The notes below the pieces were generated by a model. The model worked only from the letters and a program-made list of their open reading frames with translations. It had not been told where the DNA came from and ran no database searches. A stretch of 64,000 nt of DNA from a virus (Duplodnaviria; Caudoviricetes). Positions 60,959 through 64,000 of this stretch are shown here, one piece after another. Position numbers and translations under genes: made by a program. Within the stretch, counting starts at the first letter, position 1; each line of letters opens with the position of its first letter. The stretch is taken from positions 21,360-85,359 of the IMG/VR virus record IMGVR_UViG_3300028485_000001; one strand, 5' to 3'.

Positions 60959-61555
60959 TCAGCAGTCGGCGTGCACGAACCCGTAGAAGCGCACGTCCGA
61001 GAAGTCGGACAGAAGGTCCGAGCCGTCGTAGTTGTAGGCGTCCAAGATCGCCTTGAGCTCCCTGCTGAGCTCGCCCAGCGCGGGCGTGCCCGTCCGCACC
61101 ACGTCGCCACGGTCATCCACAGACTCCGTCCAACCCCACTCGGCGGGGATGTTCCGGATGACCACGTCGATGCTGCTTCCGCCTGCGTAGGTGCGGGTGC
61201 GCACGCTGTAGGTGATCTGCGCGGGGGCGTTGGCGATCGGGTCGGTGGTCGCGAGGGCCGCGCCGTCGTCCGACTGCGCCTGTTTGCCGATCTTGCGGGC
61301 CATCTTGATGTCAGCCCGCACCAGCTTCGCGATGTCGGCGGTGCGCAGGCCCTCGGTGCTGTCGTGCTTGGCCCCGTAGGTGCGGCGGTCGACGACGCCG
61401 GTTTCACTGAGGCGGACGCCGTTCGCGCGGGCCTTGATGATGAGGCGGCGGAGCATTCGGCGGGCGGCGTCGCGCTCTGGGGTGCTGGTGCGCGGGTGGT
61501 TGATGAGCGCGTTCAGCAGGCCGACCTTGGACTTCAGCTTGAGTGTGGCGCTCAT
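60959..61555 (-). CDS. LPD29-like domain protein with N-terminal helical hairpin
   Basis: IAKLVRADIK...YSVRTRTYAGGSSIDV...YNYDGSD..SDF..VRFYG. Confidence 0.5.
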   Translation of the reverse strand: MSATLKLKSKVGLLNALINHPRTSTPERDAARRMLRRLIIKARANGVRLSETGVVDRRTYGAKHDSTEGLRTADIAKLVRADIKMARKIGKQAQSDDGAALATTDPIANAPAQITYSVRTRTYAGGSSIDVVIRNIPAEWGWTESVDDRGDVVRTGTPALGELSRELKAILDAYNYDGSDLLSDFSDVRFYGFVHADC

Positions 61556-61587
61556 CAGGTCCCCTTCTCAGTATCGGTACTTCCTAT

Positions 61588-61642
61588 GGATACAAGGTAT
61601 CCATACCTAGGCAAGAATGCAAGGTATCTATACTCTGTATCT
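61588..61642. promoter_or_regulatory. Divergent promoters with GGATAC-N3-GTATCC operator
   Basis: - strand TTGCAT-N17-TACCTT; + strand TACTCT-N6-ATG; extra GTATCT half-sites. Confidence 0.7.
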
Positions 61643-61876
61643 ATGGACAGGCAGAGGGAGACCATGAAGCAAGCAGCCGAGGACTACGGCACCGCCAAGG
61701 AGACACTCGACGAGGCGCGCGACGCCATGCGAGCAGCCATCGTGGACGCCCTCAACGCCGGGATGACCCCAACGGAGGTGAACGCCCTGTCTCCGTTCAC
61801 GCCGGCGTACAACCGGAGGATCGCGGAAGGCGCGGGGGTGGCGCCACGGCCGAAGGGGCCAAAGAAGGCGTCCTGA
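61643..61876 (+). CDS. Small coiled-coil/HTH regulator, leaderless, homologue of 2169..2390
   Basis: EARD...ALNAGMTPTEVNALSPFTPAY. Confidence 0.7.
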   Translation: MDRQRETMKQAAEDYGTAKETLDEARDAMRAAIVDALNAGMTPTEVNALSPFTPAYNRRIAEGAGVAPRPKGPKKAS

Positions 61877-61962
61877 CACGCGAAAGCCCCCGCCCGCCGG
61901 GGGCTGCACACACGAAAGCCCGGCACATGGCCGGGCTCGTGGGGCGTCTGCGGTGGATGCCT

Positions 61963-62463
61963 TCAGTAGATGGGACTGGGCCCCTCCACCGTCACCACCA
62001 CCGCTTCATCGGCAGCGTCGGTACGGCTGATCATGGCGCTTCCGCTGTACTCTTCACCGCCCCCCGGCATGGAACGCCCCCCGGCGTTGGACTCCGGAGC
62101 CGTGACCGTGATCTCCACTTCGTAGACGTCCGCTGGCGGGGCCGGGATGGTGACCTCCAGGACACACGAGGCTTCGCCGTCCACCTCCCGTACCTGGCCT
62201 TCGCCGACTTCCAGACCCCCGACATCCACCACGGTTCCAGCGCCGTCCATCACGGCGTAGGTGGGCTCATGCCATGTGCATGTCCCGTCCTCGTGGTCGT
62301 CTGCGAGCCGCCATGAGGTGGTGACTGCCTCTACCTGGAGCGGGAAGGGGCTCTGGCCGGGAGGGGTGGCGTCGGCTTGCTGAGGGGACTGTATGGCGGG
62401 CGTCTGGGAGCAGGCGGTCAGGCCCAGGGCGAGGACGACGGGGGCGAGGGGGCGGAACTGCAA
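61963..62463 (-). CDS. Lipoprotein
   Basis: Signal peptide with lipobox LTAC; GGAGG RBS, TTG start. Confidence 0.7.
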   Translation of the reverse strand: MQFRPLAPVVLALGLTACSQTPAIQSPQQADATPPGQSPFPLQVEAVTTSWRLADDHEDGTCTWHEPTYAVMDGAGTVVDVGGLEVGEGQVREVDGEASCVLEVTIPAPPADVYEVEITVTAPESNAGGRSMPGGGEEYSGSAMISRTDAADEAVVVTVEGPSPIY

Positions 62464-62524
62464 GGGGCCTCCAGGACGGCACGGTCATGTGACCCCCACG
62501 TAAAGGGGGTAAACTGGGAGGACA

Positions 62525-62607
62525 ACCAAAAAGAGCGAGCCCGCACGGTGCGTCAACACCGAACGGGCTCTGACCACCGATCCTGATTAGCGCAGGAAGG
62601 CGGCTAG
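62525..62607 (-). ncRNA. Putative counter-transcribed antisense RNA of the rep leader, copy 2
   Basis: - strand TAAGCT box, same two hairpins, CTCTTTTT tail. Confidence 0.5.
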
Positions 62608-62695
62608 GCATGAAGCTTAGCTTCAGCATACCCGGATGCTCGAACCGGGGCAGTGACTCGCGAGTCACAACCGCGTACCCCTCGGCGGTGACGCG

Positions 62696-63808
62696 ATGAA
62701 GGTGCACCGCACCAAGCACACCGCGAACTTCACGATCGCCCCGAACGCGATCCTTCGCGAAGAGCGCATGTCCGAGATGGCGCGCTTGATCCTCCTCCGG
62801 CTGCTGTCCAACGCAGACGACTTCAACGGGGCCACCGCACTCAAGATGTGGGAAGACGCCCGGAAGATCCGAGGTGACGCAGCCCCCGGCAAGCGAGCGT
62901 TCCTCCACGCCTTCAACGAGATGGAAGCGTTCGGCTACCTCGTGCGCACCAAGGTCCGTGAGGGCAGCAAGTGGGTCACTCGCGTGGACGTCTATGACAC
63001 CCCTCAGAACCTCCCAGAGGAAGAGCCCGGAGGCGACTCTCTCGGACTGCCCGGTATCGGGAAGCCCGAAGGCGAGAAGCCCGAGCCCGGGAAGTCCGAA
63101 AGCGGGCAGTCTTCTAAAAGGACCACTCAGAAGGATGTATCTAGAAGGACTACTTCCTCTTCTTCGGCTGAGGTCGAGGACATCACCCACGAGGCGACAC
63201 CTCCCGCCGTCGAGAAGAAGACGAAGCGATCACCAGAAGCCATCGTCCAAGAACGCACCGGCTGCACCGACGACGAAGCCGCCGCCGTCGTGGACTTCAT
63301 CGAGCAGCAAGGTGACAGCGGCCAGCCGATCCGCCGCATCATCCCGTGGGTGACGGGCCGGGCCGATCGGGACCTTGCCCGCGACCTCGCGCACGTGCGC
63401 CGCTTCGCTGAGTCCCCGCCCGCTGACGCCGCCTGCTCCGAGCACGGCGTGACCCTCGCCCCCGGGTACTGCTCCGCCTGCGAGGCCGACATGGCGGCGG
63501 GCGACTTCGAGACCGTGCGGAAGATCCTCGCCCGTGACGGAGCGACCGCACGCCCCGATCTCGCACGCCGCCTCGGAGCGCCCCACGTGCCCGCACAGGG
63601 CACAACAGGAGCGCCCAGCATCCAGGACATCCAAAGGGCCGAGAAGCGCGCCAGGGGCGGCTACACGCCCTACCGCAACCCCGCAAACCAAGACGAGTAC
63701 GACGGCTCGCTGCTGCCGACCCCCCGCCCGCAGGGCCTCAGCGGGGCACTCGCGCCCATCGTGACCGCAGAGCAGATCCGCAGCGGCGCAGCCGAACTCC
63801 GGGTCTAA
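62696..63808 (+). CDS. Replication initiator/replisome-organiser-like HTH protein
   Basis: NFTIAPNAILREERMSEMARLILLRLLS..D...AFNEMEAFGYL; GKPE repeats; C-terminal CSEH...CSAC like the 7162 protein. Confidence 0.65.
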   Translation: MKVHRTKHTANFTIAPNAILREERMSEMARLILLRLLSNADDFNGATALKMWEDARKIRGDAAPGKRAFLHAFNEMEAFGYLVRTKVREGSKWVTRVDVYDTPQNLPEEEPGGDSLGLPGIGKPEGEKPEPGKSESGQSSKRTTQKDVSRRTTSSSSAEVEDITHEATPPAVEKKTKRSPEAIVQERTGCTDDEAAAVVDFIEQQGDSGQPIRRIIPWVTGRADRDLARDLAHVRRFAESPPADAACSEHGVTLAPGYCSACEADMAAGDFETVRKILARDGATARPDLARRLGAPHVPAQGTTGAPSIQDIQRAEKRARGGYTPYRNPANQDEYDGSLLPTPRPQGLSGALAPIVTAEQIRSGAAELRV

Positions 63809-63887
63809 CGCCACGAAGCGGGCCCGCCCGGTGACGACCACCCGGCGGGCCCACCCCCCATCAGCGAACATGGACACAGGAGGAACC

Positions 63888-64000
63888 ATGGACCAGCGCC
63901 CGATCCTGTTCATCGACGTCGACGGACCCCTCAACCCCTACGACCGCTCCAACCGGTCCGCGCACCGCGCCGGGTACGCGCGCCGCAAGATCGAAGAGTT
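63888..64000 (+). CDS. HAD-domain protein, 5' part only
   Basis: AGGAGG RBS; RPILFIDVDGPLNPY (DxDG motif). Confidence 0.65.
   Translation, partial: MDQRPILFIDVDGPLNPYDRSNRSAHRAGYARRKIEE

Noticed and set aside
1-64000. CRISPR array, tRNA/rRNA genes, integrase/att, transposase
   Set aside because: No regularly spaced repeat-spacer series, cloverleaf, recombinase or DDE motifs seen by eye; a tRNAscan or HMM run would be needed to exclude them fully.

Overview
The whole 64 kb window is high-GC actinomycete temperate-phage/prophage DNA (long-tailed siphovirus type). I found no host housekeeping gene, integrase, att site, tRNA, rRNA or CRISPR array. Layout: (1) 1-18.5 kb, + strand, early/replication arm: WhiB end, small hypotheticals, PD-(D/E)XK nuclease, initiator with iterons, DnaB, C5 methyltransferase, alarmone hydrolase, DnaQ-like exonuclease, SSB, HNH genes, displaced MuF, Zn-finger/HTH regulator. 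(2) 18.6-40.8 kb, - strand, an apparently complete lysis, tail, head and packaging module converging on arm 1. (3) 41-61.6 kb, mostly - strand, stacked accessory operons with many internal paralogues, an ATP-dependent ligase and a flavoprotein-XRE pair. (4) 59.2-64 kb, two more initiator-like genes (one truncated) behind near-identical structured leaders. Strongest observations: a terminase intein whose HNH homing endonuclease is a separate out-of-frame gene with its own leaderless promoter; a methyltransferase gene with a nested second ORF that has its own RBS; a duplicated antisense-RNA-like replication leader with swapped loops; an Arc+HNH cassette that truncates one ssb and supplies another; a lambda pR'-like promoter-terminator ahead of the late genes; and a recurring architecture of small, often leaderless regulators each beside its own operator palindrome. 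Family assignments come from motif recognition by eye, not database searches.
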